From a virus, in IMG/VR virus record IMGVR_UViG_3300009506_000013, positions 1-64,000 of that record: a DNA stretch of 64,000 nucleotides, one strand, 5' to 3'. The notes under the pieces were generated by a model that saw only the letters and a list, made by a program, of their open reading frames with translations, was not told where the DNA came from and did not search any database. This document shows positions 1 to 9,733 of the stretch, in pieces; the stretch's first letter is position 1; each line of letters starts with the position of its first letter. Made by a program: the position numbers and the translations under genes.

Positions 1-26
1 TTGATGACCTTCCTTCGAGGTTTCAT
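1..26 (-). CDS. 5' end of a gene running off the window (MKPRRKVI...)
   Basis: ATG at 26 preceded by the RBS AAAGGAGA; truncated by the window edge. Confidence 0.45.
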
Positions 27-217
27 GATGTCTCCTTTGAATGTTGATGGTACGCGGGCGAGTGTCGAGTACACCAGTGCACCCTATAAAAAACCAACCC
101 ACCGCAATCAAATTCCAACTCCCCAACCCATTCCATTTATTCCCCGCTCTTATTCCATCCAATCAACTTATCCGTCATTCCACTCTACACTTTTCACTTA
201 TTCTACTATTTCTTGCC

Positions 218-1024
218 CTATACGGGAAATGTTTTACTTGTAATGGCCTTCCGCTCTTCGGGAGTCATTGCCGCTTCCGGATTGCGATTGGCTAGCTGGC
301 GCTCCTTTTCCGCGATCTCTTCCATGTCCTTTACAACCTTTTCCGACAATCCCAGCTGGGCCCATCTATACGAGGGAATCATCGTCATCACTGCGCCTCT
401 TAGCTGACTCAATTCTCCCCGCATTTTTTCTATACGGTCTGCGGCATCCTCGACCAGCGCCTTGTCACAGAGCGCCTTGTCACAGATCGCACATTCGTTT
501 TGGCCCTCGTAGTGCTCGTGCGGCGTATCGCACAACAGCCTTAATCGCTCCCATTGCTCTAGGCTGACCCCGTGATCCCCTGCCGCCTTCTTCAATTCTC
601 CTCTTAATCTTTTTATTTCTACTGCGGCTTGCTCTTCGGCGGCGACAAACACTTCAGCTTGACGGTTATGTTTCCGGATCACCTCCTGTAGCCTTTCTAC
701 TTCGGCGCAATTCGCAATACAATCGCCCAAATCCAGCCTTTCCGTCAACCTCCGTTCCAGCTCTTCCTTCCGGCGCTGGATGCGCTTAATCTCCTGATTG
801 AGGCTTTTGATCCGCTGTTGGAGCGGATATACAGCAGCCTGTGCCACTTCCTTTATCCGCTTTTCCAGATCATCAACATCCTGCCGCATATCCTCTTCGG
901 CCCGTCTCACCACAGTTCCGAACGTCTGACAAACGGGACAATGGCCTGATTTGCCCGGACTAACAATAAATGTACCGATCCGGCACGCCATATTGATACA
1001 CTTCCATGTTTCTTTCATCTCCAC
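218..1024 (-). CDS. hypothetical coiled-coil protein with N-terminal CxxC motifs
   Basis: 268 aa ORF, helical heptad-rich, on the coding strand of the genome. Confidence 0.7.
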   Translation of the reverse strand: MEMKETWKCINMACRIGTFIVSPGKSGHCPVCQTFGTVVRRAEEDMRQDVDDLEKRIKEVAQAAVYPLQQRIKSLNQEIKRIQRRKEELERRLTERLDLGDCIANCAEVERLQEVIRKHNRQAEVFVAAEEQAAVEIKRLRGELKKAAGDHGVSLEQWERLRLLCDTPHEHYEGQNECAICDKALCDKALVEDAADRIEKMRGELSQLRGAVMTMIPSYRWAQLGLSEKVVKDMEEIAEKERQLANRNPEAAMTPEERKAITSKTFPV

Positions 1025-1036
1025 CCCCCTAAAGAC

Positions 1037-1068
1037 AAAAAGGCCGGCAGACAGTTAATCTACCAGCC
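1037..1068 (-). terminator. rho-independent terminator
   Basis: Minus strand GGCTGGTAGA-loop-TCTGCCGGCC followed by TTTTT, just after the beta-barrel gene. Confidence 0.7.
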
Positions 1069-1085
1069 CTCTCGCCTTCGATAAT

Positions 1086-1616
1086 TTAAAACGTGTAACC
1101 GACATTGAACCTTGGCGCAAAAAACACCCTGTCGTTTTTCTCCAGTTCTACTATGGGCATAATCTGAATATCGAAGTGCCCAAAGTTTTTTCTTATCTGG
1201 CCACCTAGTGCGGCATTGAACGTATTACCAAGGTTCGTGTTCCGGACTCCCGGCGCAGCCACCAGCCACACCCCATATGTCTTCGATCCGAACAACCGTG
1301 GAGATATGCCGATGTGTACCGTGGTGGATATGGGAGAATATTTTTCTGGAATCTTTATGTTGGGATTGCCGGGATATTCCGGATCATCCTTCCATATCGT
1401 TTCCGTTACATCGGTGAACGTTGCGTCAAAGTAAATATTGAACATCTCCCGGTCCAGTGGTATTCCAGCCGATACATTGAACCCGGCCCCGCTTTCAGTG
1501 TCATCATTAACAACGGCCCCGACCGAAACATAGCCGCCTTGTGCATGTCCCTGGCGCACGAACGCCAACAGGCACACAAGGCATATTGCCAACAATCCAT
1601 AATACAATAGTTTCAT
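1086..1616 (-). CDS. outer-membrane beta-barrel protein (Lom/OmpX-like)
   Basis: Signal peptide (MKLLYYGLLAICLVCLLAFVRQGHA), alternating beta-strand pattern, C-terminal FNVGYTF beta-signal. Confidence 0.7.
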   Translation of the reverse strand: MKLLYYGLLAICLVCLLAFVRQGHAQGGYVSVGAVVNDDTESGAGFNVSAGIPLDREMFNIYFDATFTDVTETIWKDDPEYPGNPNIKIPEKYSPISTTVHIGISPRLFGSKTYGVWLVAAPGVRNTNLGNTFNAALGGQIRKNFGHFDIQIMPIVELEKNDRVFFAPRFNVGYTF

Positions 1617-1664
1617 TTTGCTTCTCCTTGTTATTGGTTAAGTGTTACTGCTGTTTCCCCTTCT

Positions 1665-2162
1665 TTAAATTGGTTCCGCCGCGATCACGGTCATCTCTAC
1701 GTTCGCAACCGCCTCTTTCCAGCACACGAGACAAGCGGGCACTGTAGTCCGCTCTCCCTCTGCCTCCACCGTCAATAGAACAACACCCTGTTCCTTACAC
1801 TGCTCCCACCGCACTGGGCCCAACGTAAAAGCTCCCCCGTGCCGGCGATATCCCTGACACTGACTGTCCCATACGGGTGCTTTGGCCTCTTCCTTCTTGT
1901 TACTCTTCAGCCATATTTCACGGGCACGCGGATTGACTATGTATTTCTGGTCTGGAGAATGAAACCGGATCAGCTGCCCCCTTCGCATCATCATAAGGTA
2001 TTGACTAAAGAGATGCGGACCAATTTTTGGAAAAAAGCTGATCAACTGACGGAATAACATACCCTCTTCCCCTGCCCGTACCAGTAGCTCCATTATGCGG
2101 GCTTTGGTAGCGCGGACATCCTTACTGCTCCGGCGCGTGTATTTTTTTCTGTGCTTTGCCAT
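1665..2162 (-). CDS. hypothetical protein (possible winged helix plus Cys motifs)
   Basis: 165 aa ORF with an AAGGAGG RBS. Confidence 0.65.
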   Translation of the reverse strand: MAKHRKKYTRRSSKDVRATKARIMELLVRAGEEGMLFRQLISFFPKIGPHLFSQYLMMMRRGQLIRFHSPDQKYIVNPRAREIWLKSNKKEEAKAPVWDSQCQGYRRHGGAFTLGPVRWEQCKEQGVVLLTVEAEGERTTVPACLVCWKEAVANVEMTVIAAEPI

Positions 2163-2209
2163 AGGTGGTTTCCCCCTCCTTTATGGTTAATGTTACCGCT
2201 GTCTCCTTT

Positions 2210-2228
2210 GTTCTCTTATATTACTTCC
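2210..2228 (-). promoter_or_regulatory. repeated putative phage promoter motif GGAAGTAATATAAGAGAAC
   Basis: Identical 19-mer at 11597-11615 and 13-nt core at 19451-19463; all three intergenic and upstream of genes. Confidence 0.55.
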
Positions 2229-2262
2229 AGTTGACGCCGTTTTTGGTCAACTTTCTTTCCCT

Positions 2263-2472
2263 TTAATTCAACCGGCTCGGCATCCGATATCGCACCCACC
2301 GGCACCAAGGCTTATCATGCCGGCGGATCTCCCCCCGGTCACTTTTCTTCCGGCACTCCCCGCAAACCAAGCAACAATCCCCCTCACACTTCCATTCCGC
2401 CCGCGCCCCGCAATAGGCGCAATCGTGGAAATACGAGAACAGCGGGTGTAGCTTTGGTGGGTTCCTTTTCAT
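2263..2472 (-). CDS. small Cys-rich (Zn-finger-like) protein
   Basis: 69 aa with several CxxC motifs, overlapping the upstream stop (ATGA coupling). Confidence 0.55.
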   Translation of the reverse strand: MKRNPPKLHPLFSYFHDCAYCGARAEWKCEGDCCLVCGECRKKSDRGEIRRHDKPWCRWVRYRMPSRLN

Positions 2473-2885
2473 GTGGCCCTCTGGAAACCTCTTTCCAATT
2501 CCCTCCAGGTTTCATTCTCCTGATACACCACGGCTGGTATGCGGATGTCGGCTACCTTTTCAGCAACATCACCGGTTCCCCGCGAATGTTTCAAATCATC
2601 GTGGAACAATAATACCAAATCCGGTTTCCCGTTCATGATCATCTGAGAATTGCGGACTGGTCCAGCTCGCCTTCCCAACCGCTTCCAATCCGCTTCAAAT
2701 TCCCAATACGACAGGCAACTCTGGATGCAACATTCCTTCGCTATCCTATCGGCTCCAGTTGGGCAATCGCCCAAAATGAATTTCGCAGTCGGGTGGATCA
2801 GGTGAACGGCCCCGATCACCCGTCTCAAAAAAACTACATTTTTCCAGCTCCGGCTACCCGATATCAAAACGCTAAAAACCCGCAT
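2469..2885 (-). CDS. SLOG family (DUF2493/YspA-like) protein
   Basis: Motifs SGSR, GDCPTGAD and ADWKRLGRRAGPVRNSQM. Confidence 0.8.
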   Translation of the reverse strand: MRVFSVLISGSRSWKNVVFLRRVIGAVHLIHPTAKFILGDCPTGADRIAKECCIQSCLSYWEFEADWKRLGRRAGPVRNSQMIMNGKPDLVLLFHDDLKHSRGTGDVAEKVADIRIPAVVYQENETWRELERGFQRAT

Positions 2886-2903
2886 AATTTGGCTCCTCCT
2901 GTT

Positions 2904-3356
2904 TCAAGGGTATAATCGCCCACGGATACCCCTAAAAAACCATTTTAGAGCATGTCGTATGTGAAAAAAGGGTAAAATCCGGCCCCTATTCTGGCCCATT
3001 TCGGCTAAAATCCCGGCTATGTCCGGAGATTCCCACCCTTCCGGCTTCAAAATCTTACCATCACCCCGTTTTGGCCCCCCGGTTTTTCGCATATTGGCCC
3101 GGTGGACTTCGGCAAAGAATGGATCCAAATTCACCCCCCACGACACGAAAGATCCCAAGACCACATAAATCAAATCGCATCCCCCGTCGATTGCCGCAGG
3201 CATATCCCTCTGGTCAATCGCCTCCAAAAGCTCCCGGCACTCCTCTTCAATCAAAGACTTTCTCAACTCCACAAATGCAAAGTTGGCTCCATAGCGCTGA
3301 ACCATTAGGCCGAACTTTTCGTGAAACCTTTGGACCTTCCGTTGCCACTTATTCAT
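2904..3356 (-). CDS. MazG-like / PRA-PH family nucleoside triphosphate pyrophosphohydrolase
   Basis: EEECRELLEA...IDGGCDLIYV...EVHRANMRK...GKILKPEGW. Confidence 0.85.
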   Translation of the reverse strand: MNKWQRKVQRFHEKFGLMVQRYGANFAFVELRKSLIEEECRELLEAIDQRDMPAAIDGGCDLIYVVLGSFVSWGVNLDPFFAEVHRANMRKTGGPKRGDGKILKPEGWESPDIAGILAEMGQNRGRILPFFHIRHALKWFFRGIRGRLYP

Positions 3357-3738
3357 CCGACACCCTCTCTTCCATCTCCAGCCATGCCCGCTTCAGATCA
3401 ATCTGATAAGATTCAGCCATAGCAATAATCTGAAGAATAACACACATCATTATTCGGGTTGCGTATTGAACCTGCTCTTCTGGAAGACGGTTTGGAAGCG
3501 TAACAACATCTGCCGCCGCTCCCGCTAACACCTTCTTGTTAAAGTCCATTTCCATACGGTCCAATTTGTGAATAAGAAAATTGCGAACCTTTCCAAAGAT
3601 ATCAGCCCGCTTGGCCTCTTCGAGCTGGCCCAATAAGCGGATCGCACAATTCACCGCACCCTCATCCTGCGAAGGCTCGCCGGGAATATTCGCCATAATA
3701 TAGCTGGCCAATGCGTCAATTTGATCTAAAGCATTCAT
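3349..3738 (-). CDS. hypothetical protein
   Basis: 129 aa ORF with an AAGGAG RBS, overlapping the next gene. Confidence 0.65.
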   Translation of the reverse strand: MNALDQIDALASYIMANIPGEPSQDEGAVNCAIRLLGQLEEAKRADIFGKVRNFLIHKLDRMEMDFNKKVLAGAAADVVTLPNRLPEEQVQYATRIMMCVILQIIAMAESYQIDLKRAWLEMEERVSDE

Positions 3739-3849
3739 GGTGAGACTCCTTATTGAATAGGAGAGGGTGGTGAAGCGGGGAAAGCCTCACCACCCAGGAC
3801 AGCGGTTCACATCCATAAGGAGATGAACCGAACTATATACTAAAATTCA

Positions 3850-5613
3850 CTAGACCAGAACAGAAATTTTATCTTCTCTCTTCACGGTCCATACAGCATC
3901 CGCCACATTATCACTGAGCAAGCTCTTATGGCTTACAAAAAAGCTAGTTCCTATTAGCTTTTCCCGAATCAGGTTTACAATCGCCGTTTCCCCAGAAGCA
4001 TCCAGCCCTTCACTCGGCTCATCATATACCTTCAACGACACCTCCACACCAGTCATCTCTTTCCGTACATCATCCAGCGCAAAGGCCGCAATCAGGTTTG
4101 CTCTAGTAACCATACCACCCCCGCTCAGCTTAAAGTTCACACCATCATCCTTCTCTACAACCACAGAATACCGTTCACGCAATTCTCCTTTCTTGGTTTC
4201 CGACAAGTTGTTGAATACAATCCGGAGTGCTCCTCCGGAAAGCTCTTGACTGTAGTATTCGGCCTGTTGATTTAATGCTGGGTTCAGCTCCTCCATCCGC
4301 ATCGACTTCATCCCAGCAGGACCATAGGCCCGTTTCAGCATCTCCATATCCTTCAAATAACTCTCCAACAGCTTCAATGCCTTCCGCTCCGCCAGCAGTT
4401 CCTTCTTGTACTCTCTGATCCGGCCCTTTGTAGACTCGGAGTCACCCTGCTCTCTTTCGGCCCTTATAATCTCAATAACTGTCCATGGATCATGTTTGCC
4501 TAGATCCTTTGGAATAAGCCGCGCCACCCAGCCCCACAGCCCGCTAGATTCACCTTTGGCTTTCTCGAATGCCCGCTTTTGCTTTCCCTCTTTGTCTGTG
4601 TAGTCCTTAAGCTCTTTGGTTAAAAATTGACCAGTAGACTTTATGCTGTTTAGGTCTGCAGATAATTCCCTTTTGACCTTCTCCACGTTGGCTATGGATT
4701 CCTTGGTCTTAAGATCCTGCTGGCACTGGCTACACTTCTTTCGTGTAAGCTCGCTGTTCACCCTGTTAAACTGAGCAACCTTCGCCCGGTATTGCTCCCG
4801 CGCCCTCTCCAGCCGGTCCTTTGTATCAAGAATTTTCGTTTGAGTGGCTTGATACTGCTGGCCCTTCTCTAGTGTTCTCTTTTCCGCCACACTCCATTTC
4901 TCATAGGCCTCTTCCAGCTTCTTTAAATCCACCGCATCATATTTATGAGCCAGCTCCTTTATAGACTCCTCTGCGGAAGCGATGGACCCTTCCAGATGGG
5001 ATATCCTTTGCTGGTGATCGGCGATGTCTCCGGACAATGCGGATGTCCGCACAGACAATTTTTTCCGCTTCTTTTCAAACTCCTCCGTTCCCACCAACTC
5101 ATCAAACAACAGCTTATACTCCGCATCCGTCAGGCTAATCAGCCGCCGCGCCGCATCGCCCTGGGCCCAGAACACCGAAGAGATGAACATGGAATAGGTC
5201 ATCCCCAGAATCTTTTCAATCTCCACATTGCTCGCCGCCCGCTTCCCGTGCATTTGGATTGCGCCCTCGATCTCTGCCGTGTTCCGCTTGCCTTTGTACT
5301 TCCGGTAGCGGGTGATGGTGAATTCCTTTCCATCCTGCTTTAGCCAAAGCCGCCCAAAGCAATCTTTCCCGGCCCTTACATTCACGACATCGTCCCCAAT
5401 GATCTCTTTCCCGGTTTTGGCCAGCTTCTCAAACAACACCCAAGTAATCAGGTTGAACAAATTACTTTTCCCTGAATCGTTGGAATCTGTTTCGGCGTCA
5501 TCCATGTTCTGGCCCTTTACAAATACCAATCCCAAATTCTCCACGGATGTCTTCGGAAGCTGATGGAACGTGAGAAAGTTTTGGCCCTCGATTGCTACGA
5601 TATCCAAAATCAT
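3850..5613 (-). CDS. SbcC/Rad50-like (T4 gp46-like) recombination ATPase
   Basis: Walker A variant NDSGKSN, long coiled coil with CSQC zinc hook, LSGG signature, YDEP Walker B, SH switch. Confidence 0.9.
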   Translation of the reverse strand: MILDIVAIEGQNFLTFHQLPKTSVENLGLVFVKGQNMDDAETDSNDSGKSNLFNLITWVLFEKLAKTGKEIIGDDVVNVRAGKDCFGRLWLKQDGKEFTITRYRKYKGKRNTAEIEGAIQMHGKRAASNVEIEKILGMTYSMFISSVFWAQGDAARRLISLTDAEYKLLFDELVGTEEFEKKRKKLSVRTSALSGDIADHQQRISHLEGSIASAEESIKELAHKYDAVDLKKLEEAYEKWSVAEKRTLEKGQQYQATQTKILDTKDRLERAREQYRAKVAQFNRVNSELTRKKCSQCQQDLKTKESIANVEKVKRELSADLNSIKSTGQFLTKELKDYTDKEGKQKRAFEKAKGESSGLWGWVARLIPKDLGKHDPWTVIEIIRAEREQGDSESTKGRIREYKKELLAERKALKLLESYLKDMEMLKRAYGPAGMKSMRMEELNPALNQQAEYYSQELSGGALRIVFNNLSETKKGELRERYSVVVEKDDGVNFKLSGGGMVTRANLIAAFALDDVRKEMTGVEVSLKVYDEPSEGLDASGETAIVNLIREKLIGTSFFVSHKSLLSDNVADAVWTVKREDKISVLV

Positions 5614-6671
5614 GCCGTCTGCACCTCCTTATTAATTTTGATGAGCCGCGCCGCATCCTTTGCTGATTGGCCTTCCCGCTCCATCAGGTACTTTTTCAAC
5701 AGCTCCTCCTCAGACATGAGGCTCGCCTTCCCCTGTGTTACCTTTCGTGTTACCTTTTCCGGCCTCTCCAGTTTGACTTGGATGTTTGCTTTGACTTTCT
5801 TCTTATACTCTGCCGCTTCCCGGTATTCGGCATCATTCTGGCCAATAAGAGTGATGTAATTCCTTAAGCTATTCCAGCCTTGTGGTGCTTTGTCTGCCGC
5901 CACATCACTCCAAAGGACATCTACAAAATTCGGGCCAACGAGCGGGATGCGCTTACCGTTGCGGGAAGGAAGGCTGATGCAGTAAACACCCCGCCTATCT
6001 CCTCTGTCTCCACGGTTGTGCTGGACGGGTGCGCCGACGCAAATGACCTTCCCGATTGTCTGAGGCGTATGGTAATGCCCGTTGAGAAAAATCACCTTCC
6101 CGCCCAGCACTTTGTATGCCTCTGTAAAATAAGACTGGGGGATGGCCCCGTCTGATTTATAGATGAAACCTTGAGAACTCCGGCCCCCAGCAATATCCTT
6201 GTGGAGAAGGAAGACGTGGAATTGGGCTTTCTTTGCGTATCTATTCAATGTGTAGATACTTGGGAACTTGGTATTGTAGCCGATACAATGGAACAATACT
6301 CCCTTATAATCGAACGGCCCCGACACGGTGTTTTGGATATACGGGAAGTTGTTGTGGTTGTCCGGATCTCCGCTGACGGTATCGTGATTGCCGTGGATGC
6401 CGATGACGATACCGCTGTTGCTCCTTACCGCCTCAGCACAATTCTGGGCAAACTCCCTCGTCACCGCTTCCAGCCGGTAGTCATTCGAGGCATTAAAATT
6501 CCAATCCCCCAATGAACAAAAAACATCTATCCTATTCTTCACAATTAGGTCTGGGATGGGCTTGATAGTTTCGAGGATATCCCGCACCCTCGTGTTCAAG
6601 CCCTCTCTCCAGACTCTTGAAAATTGAGGATAATTATGGATGTGATAATCTCCCGCCGCCATTATTCGCAT
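5610..6671 (-). CDS. SbcD/Mre11-like (T4 gp47-like) metallophosphoesterase nuclease
   Basis: DYH, GD, GNHD and GHYH motifs; start moved to MRIMAAG (6671) because of the GGAGA RBS. Confidence 0.88.
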   Translation of the reverse strand: MRIMAAGDYHIHNYPQFSRVWREGLNTRVRDILETIKPIPDLIVKNRIDVFCSLGDWNFNASNDYRLEAVTREFAQNCAEAVRSNSGIVIGIHGNHDTVSGDPDNHNNFPYIQNTVSGPFDYKGVLFHCIGYNTKFPSIYTLNRYAKKAQFHVFLLHKDIAGGRSSQGFIYKSDGAIPQSYFTEAYKVLGGKVIFLNGHYHTPQTIGKVICVGAPVQHNRGDRGDRRGVYCISLPSRNGKRIPLVGPNFVDVLWSDVAADKAPQGWNSLRNYITLIGQNDAEYREAAEYKKKVKANIQVKLERPEKVTRKVTQGKASLMSEEELLKKYLMEREGQSAKDAARLIKINKEVQTA

Positions 6672-6729
6672 TACATCTCCCCACGAAAGTGAAGAGGCCG
6701 GATTGCTCCGGCCCCCTTTTAATGCACCG

Positions 6730-7110
6730 CTAAACTCCAAGGCCCTTCTCAAAGAGTTTGCGCAGTTTTAAGATCCTATCGCTGTAATCTTCAAACTCTG
6801 CAACAAGATCATCCAGAGCTTGGGCATTCGCCTTCCGGCCCTTAGATGTTAACATGGTATCCGGATCATCAGCAACCCGGTTAATCTCAGCATTAGCACT
6901 AAAGGCCTTCTGCCGATAAACCCGCATCGCCCTCTTATCCATCAACCCCATACTGTTCTCGTGAAAGCGGGATATAGACTCTACTTTCACCGCCTGAGAG
7001 TTTTTATTGCGCTCCTTTACCTTCGCCCAAACTTCATCAGGGAGACAATGTAAAGGAATTTCGTTATACTTCCCAGACTTTCGAGAACACAGCTTACCAT
7101 TTACAATCAT
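6730..7110 (-). CDS. hypothetical protein
   Basis: 126 aa ORF with a GGAGGAG RBS. Confidence 0.65.
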   Translation of the reverse strand: MIVNGKLCSRKSGKYNEIPLHCLPDEVWAKVKERNKNSQAVKVESISRFHENSMGLMDKRAMRVYRQKAFSANAEINRVADDPDTMLTSKGRKANAQALDDLVAEFEDYSDRILKLRKLFEKGLGV

Positions 7111-7202
7111 CGTTTACTCCTCCAGAACAACAGTATCTCTACTGTTCATGTTTGTGCCCTATTAAATAGAACACCCACCACACCGCAGTGCGATAGACCG
7201 TA

Positions 7203-7658
7203 TTAAACATCCATGTAGTTATTCAGCCAAACTTCCAGCGGGCAAACAACTATCCCATGACTACTGTGGATGTATTCCCCTTCTAATAAATCAGCACTCC
7301 CATCCCATTCGCGGATCAATATTGGTATCCGCATTCTCTGGGCCATAACCAACAGCGGAATCTTTCCCTCTTCTGCGGCCTGTTGCTGTGCCTTCGCCCA
7401 CCATTCCTGAACTGGCCCCTTCCCCTCGAACAAACAATTCCACAGGTCCCAGCCTTCCTGCTTTTTACACTCGACAAAATACGGGAAGTCCACGCCTTCC
7501 CCTGCTACCAAATCCCCTTTGGTCTTCGCCTTCCCCCAACCTCCGCTGAGTGGCGTCCGGTATAGCTCCAACCCGCTATACTTCCGGAACATCTTGGCCA
7601 CTTCCCGTTCGAACTTCGCACCCTTCTCTTTGCGGCCCGCTTGCGACATTGCCATCAC
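7203..7658 (-). CDS. Holliday junction resolvase (PD-(D/E)xK, Hjc-like)
   Basis: KGAKFERE...GDL...VECK motifs. Confidence 0.85.
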   Translation of the reverse strand: MMAMSQAGRKEKGAKFEREVAKMFRKYSGLELYRTPLSGGWGKAKTKGDLVAGEGVDFPYFVECKKQEGWDLWNCLFEGKGPVQEWWAKAQQQAAEEGKIPLLVMAQRMRIPILIREWDGSADLLEGEYIHSSHGIVVCPLEVWLNNYMDV

Positions 7659-7876
7659 GCCTTCCTCCTTTTCGCCTTCCAGATCCGCAACCGGATCTTA
7701 TGAGCCCAAATCCGCTCCATGTAATAGTTGAGGCCAGGAGTCTTCTTCACTGTCCTGAAAATACGAGCAAAGCAACGGCCACAAACGCTCAATACTCCTT
7801 TGTGACAACGGATCTCCAACTGTTTCCCGTCCGCTGGAATCTGATACTCTTTATTACACCATATACATATCATCAT
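7655..7876 (-). CDS. small Cys-containing hypothetical protein
   Basis: 73 aa, coupled to both neighbours. Confidence 0.55.
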   Translation of the reverse strand: MMICIWCNKEYQIPADGKQLEIRCHKGVLSVCGRCFARIFRTVKKTPGLNYYMERIWAHKIRLRIWKAKRRKA

Positions 7877-8211
7877 CTCTTTATCCCTGTCAGCTTTATC
7901 AGCCCAGTAGAAATAAGCGCCAGCATCTCCTCATCTCTAATGGAACGGCCCTCTAAAAGCCAACGTACACATCGCCAAAGATGATGTGGAGGAATAGGAA
8001 CACCTTCTGAATCTGCGGTCTTCGTTATCCTGTGATAGATATACTCGCACCGTCTACACAATACCCCATGGTCATAAAGCGGAATAATTGGATCGCGCAA
8101 TTCGGAAGGATTTTTCTTTTGATGGTAATGCTGGACGTATTGGCCCCCGTATAAATCCCGCTTTCCACAACCAATACATTCCTTCATAGTCTTAATTGCT
8201 CTTTTCCGCAT
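7873..8211 (-). CDS. hypothetical protein (CxxC...H...CxxC, HNH-like spacing)
   Basis: 112 aa with CIGC...HYH...LCRRCE. Confidence 0.55.
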   Translation of the reverse strand: MRKRAIKTMKECIGCGKRDLYGGQYVQHYHQKKNPSELRDPIIPLYDHGVLCRRCEYIYHRITKTADSEGVPIPPHHLWRCVRWLLEGRSIRDEEMLALISTGLIKLTGIKR

Positions 8212-8212
8212 G

Positions 8213-8794
8213 CTAGTTTATCCAGGTTTGTATTTCGAACTCGATCTCAGAAAATTCCTTCGCCGTTCCAGAGAAGCCACAACCACAACTCAGCGTTTCC
8301 AACTCCGCATCATACGGGAAGTGCTGACGGCAGACGGGGCAAACATATGGCACCACTTCGCCCGTCTTCAACTGTAACATCTTCCGCTCCGGCTCAATGG
8401 TCACTAGCCAAGGCATCCCCGGCTCTGTCCATTCCTTTAAATAATGCCGGATCGCATCGCCCTGTTTCAGGAAGGTGCTTTTTATATCCTCCCACTTCTC
8501 CTTCACGAACCGCTCTGCCGTCATGCGGATTAATTCCGAAGTGGCCTGTACAAATACCCTCTCGCCTGGTCTCGGCTTATATTCACGAGTATAGATGCCC
8601 GGTGGGAGCTTAATCTTCATAAGATGTTTGGAGCGGCGGTTCACGATGACCTGCGGCACCTTTATATCCCCATTCACCCAAACCTTCTCCGAACAACAGC
8701 CCTCGTCACAGGCAAATGTCGTTATACAATAGGCTATAGGATATTTGTGTTTTTGTTTCATTCCAACCACATCCCCCATTACAGCGCCTCCCAT
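8213..8794 (-). CDS. hypothetical protein with C-terminal Zn ribbon
   Basis: 193 aa with CPVC...CGC. Confidence 0.6.
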   Translation of the reverse strand: MGGAVMGDVVGMKQKHKYPIAYCITTFACDEGCCSEKVWVNGDIKVPQVIVNRRSKHLMKIKLPPGIYTREYKPRPGERVFVQATSELIRMTAERFVKEKWEDIKSTFLKQGDAIRHYLKEWTEPGMPWLVTIEPERKMLQLKTGEVVPYVCPVCRQHFPYDAELETLSCGCGFSGTAKEFSEIEFEIQTWIN

Positions 8795-8812
8795 CCATTA
8801 AAGAATAGCCCG

Positions 8813-9712
8813 CTAGACTATCCCTGTATCAAAGTTTATTTGCATCTCTGCGTTCCGGAAAGGAGCGCCAATTTTGTTCTTCTTATTCGAGATGCGTGAA
8901 GTAATACCTGTTGCCTTTTGGCCAGTCTTATTAGTGCGAACCCGCTTAACAAAGACGCGGGATGAGAAGTAAAAATTCTTGGCCCTTCCGCCCGGTGTCC
9001 CTTCTTTGGCTCCGAAGAGTACACCAATTTTATCCCGTAGCTGGTTGATAAAGATACATGCGGTTTGCGTCTGGAGCATCGCAGTATGAAACTTCGGCAT
9101 GTTTACTGCCATCGCCCGCGCCAAAGCCCCAACACTCCGCTCCCCATAATCCCCTTCCAGCTGTTCCCTTGGAAGCAAAGCCGCTACACTATCTACAACT
9201 AGCAGTTGAGGCGTTTGATACATTGACCAGCTCTGCCGCACCATAGCCTCGTATTTTTTGAACTGCTGATCTACGCTGTCGGCAATCATCTCTGGCCCGG
9301 TCTTCTTGTCCACCTCATATGCAGATTCGACAATGATTAGCTGTTTAGGATCCAGCCCTTGCTTCGATGCCCATACAGTATCAAAGCTATGTTCGATATC
9401 GGCGAGCCAAGTGATGTACCCGGCCTGTTGTGCCCATGCTATAAGGGCATAGGCCAATGTACTCTTCCCGGCAGACTCATCGCCGGCAATCTCTGTATAA
9501 TAGCCACAGGGAATACCGAAGGCCTCATGACCAAGAACTTCGTTGAACAACCCGACATCGATCCAGTTTTTAATCCTCGAAATCATGTAGTCTGGATCAT
9601 CGCCAGGAATATTAACCGCCCCCACACCACCAAACGATTTGGCAACTGCGTTTGCGAGTTTGTGTATGTCTATGGTCTTGGTTTTCTTTGAGGCCTTCGG
9701 TGGTTGCTTCAT
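8813..9712 (-). CDS. recA: RecA/UvsX-like recombinase
   Basis: GDESAGKST Walker A, DIEH, VVDSVAAL, FINQLRDKIG, PGGRA, KNKIGAPF. Confidence 0.93.
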   Translation of the reverse strand: MKQPPKASKKTKTIDIHKLANAVAKSFGGVGAVNIPGDDPDYMISRIKNWIDVGLFNEVLGHEAFGIPCGYYTEIAGDESAGKSTLAYALIAWAQQAGYITWLADIEHSFDTVWASKQGLDPKQLIIVESAYEVDKKTGPEMIADSVDQQFKKYEAMVRQSWSMYQTPQLLVVDSVAALLPREQLEGDYGERSVGALARAMAVNMPKFHTAMLQTQTACIFINQLRDKIGVLFGAKEGTPGGRAKNFYFSSRVFVKRVRTNKTGQKATGITSRISNKKNKIGAPFRNAEMQINFDTGIV

Positions 9713-9733
9713 ATTACATCTCCCTGTTGCTGG

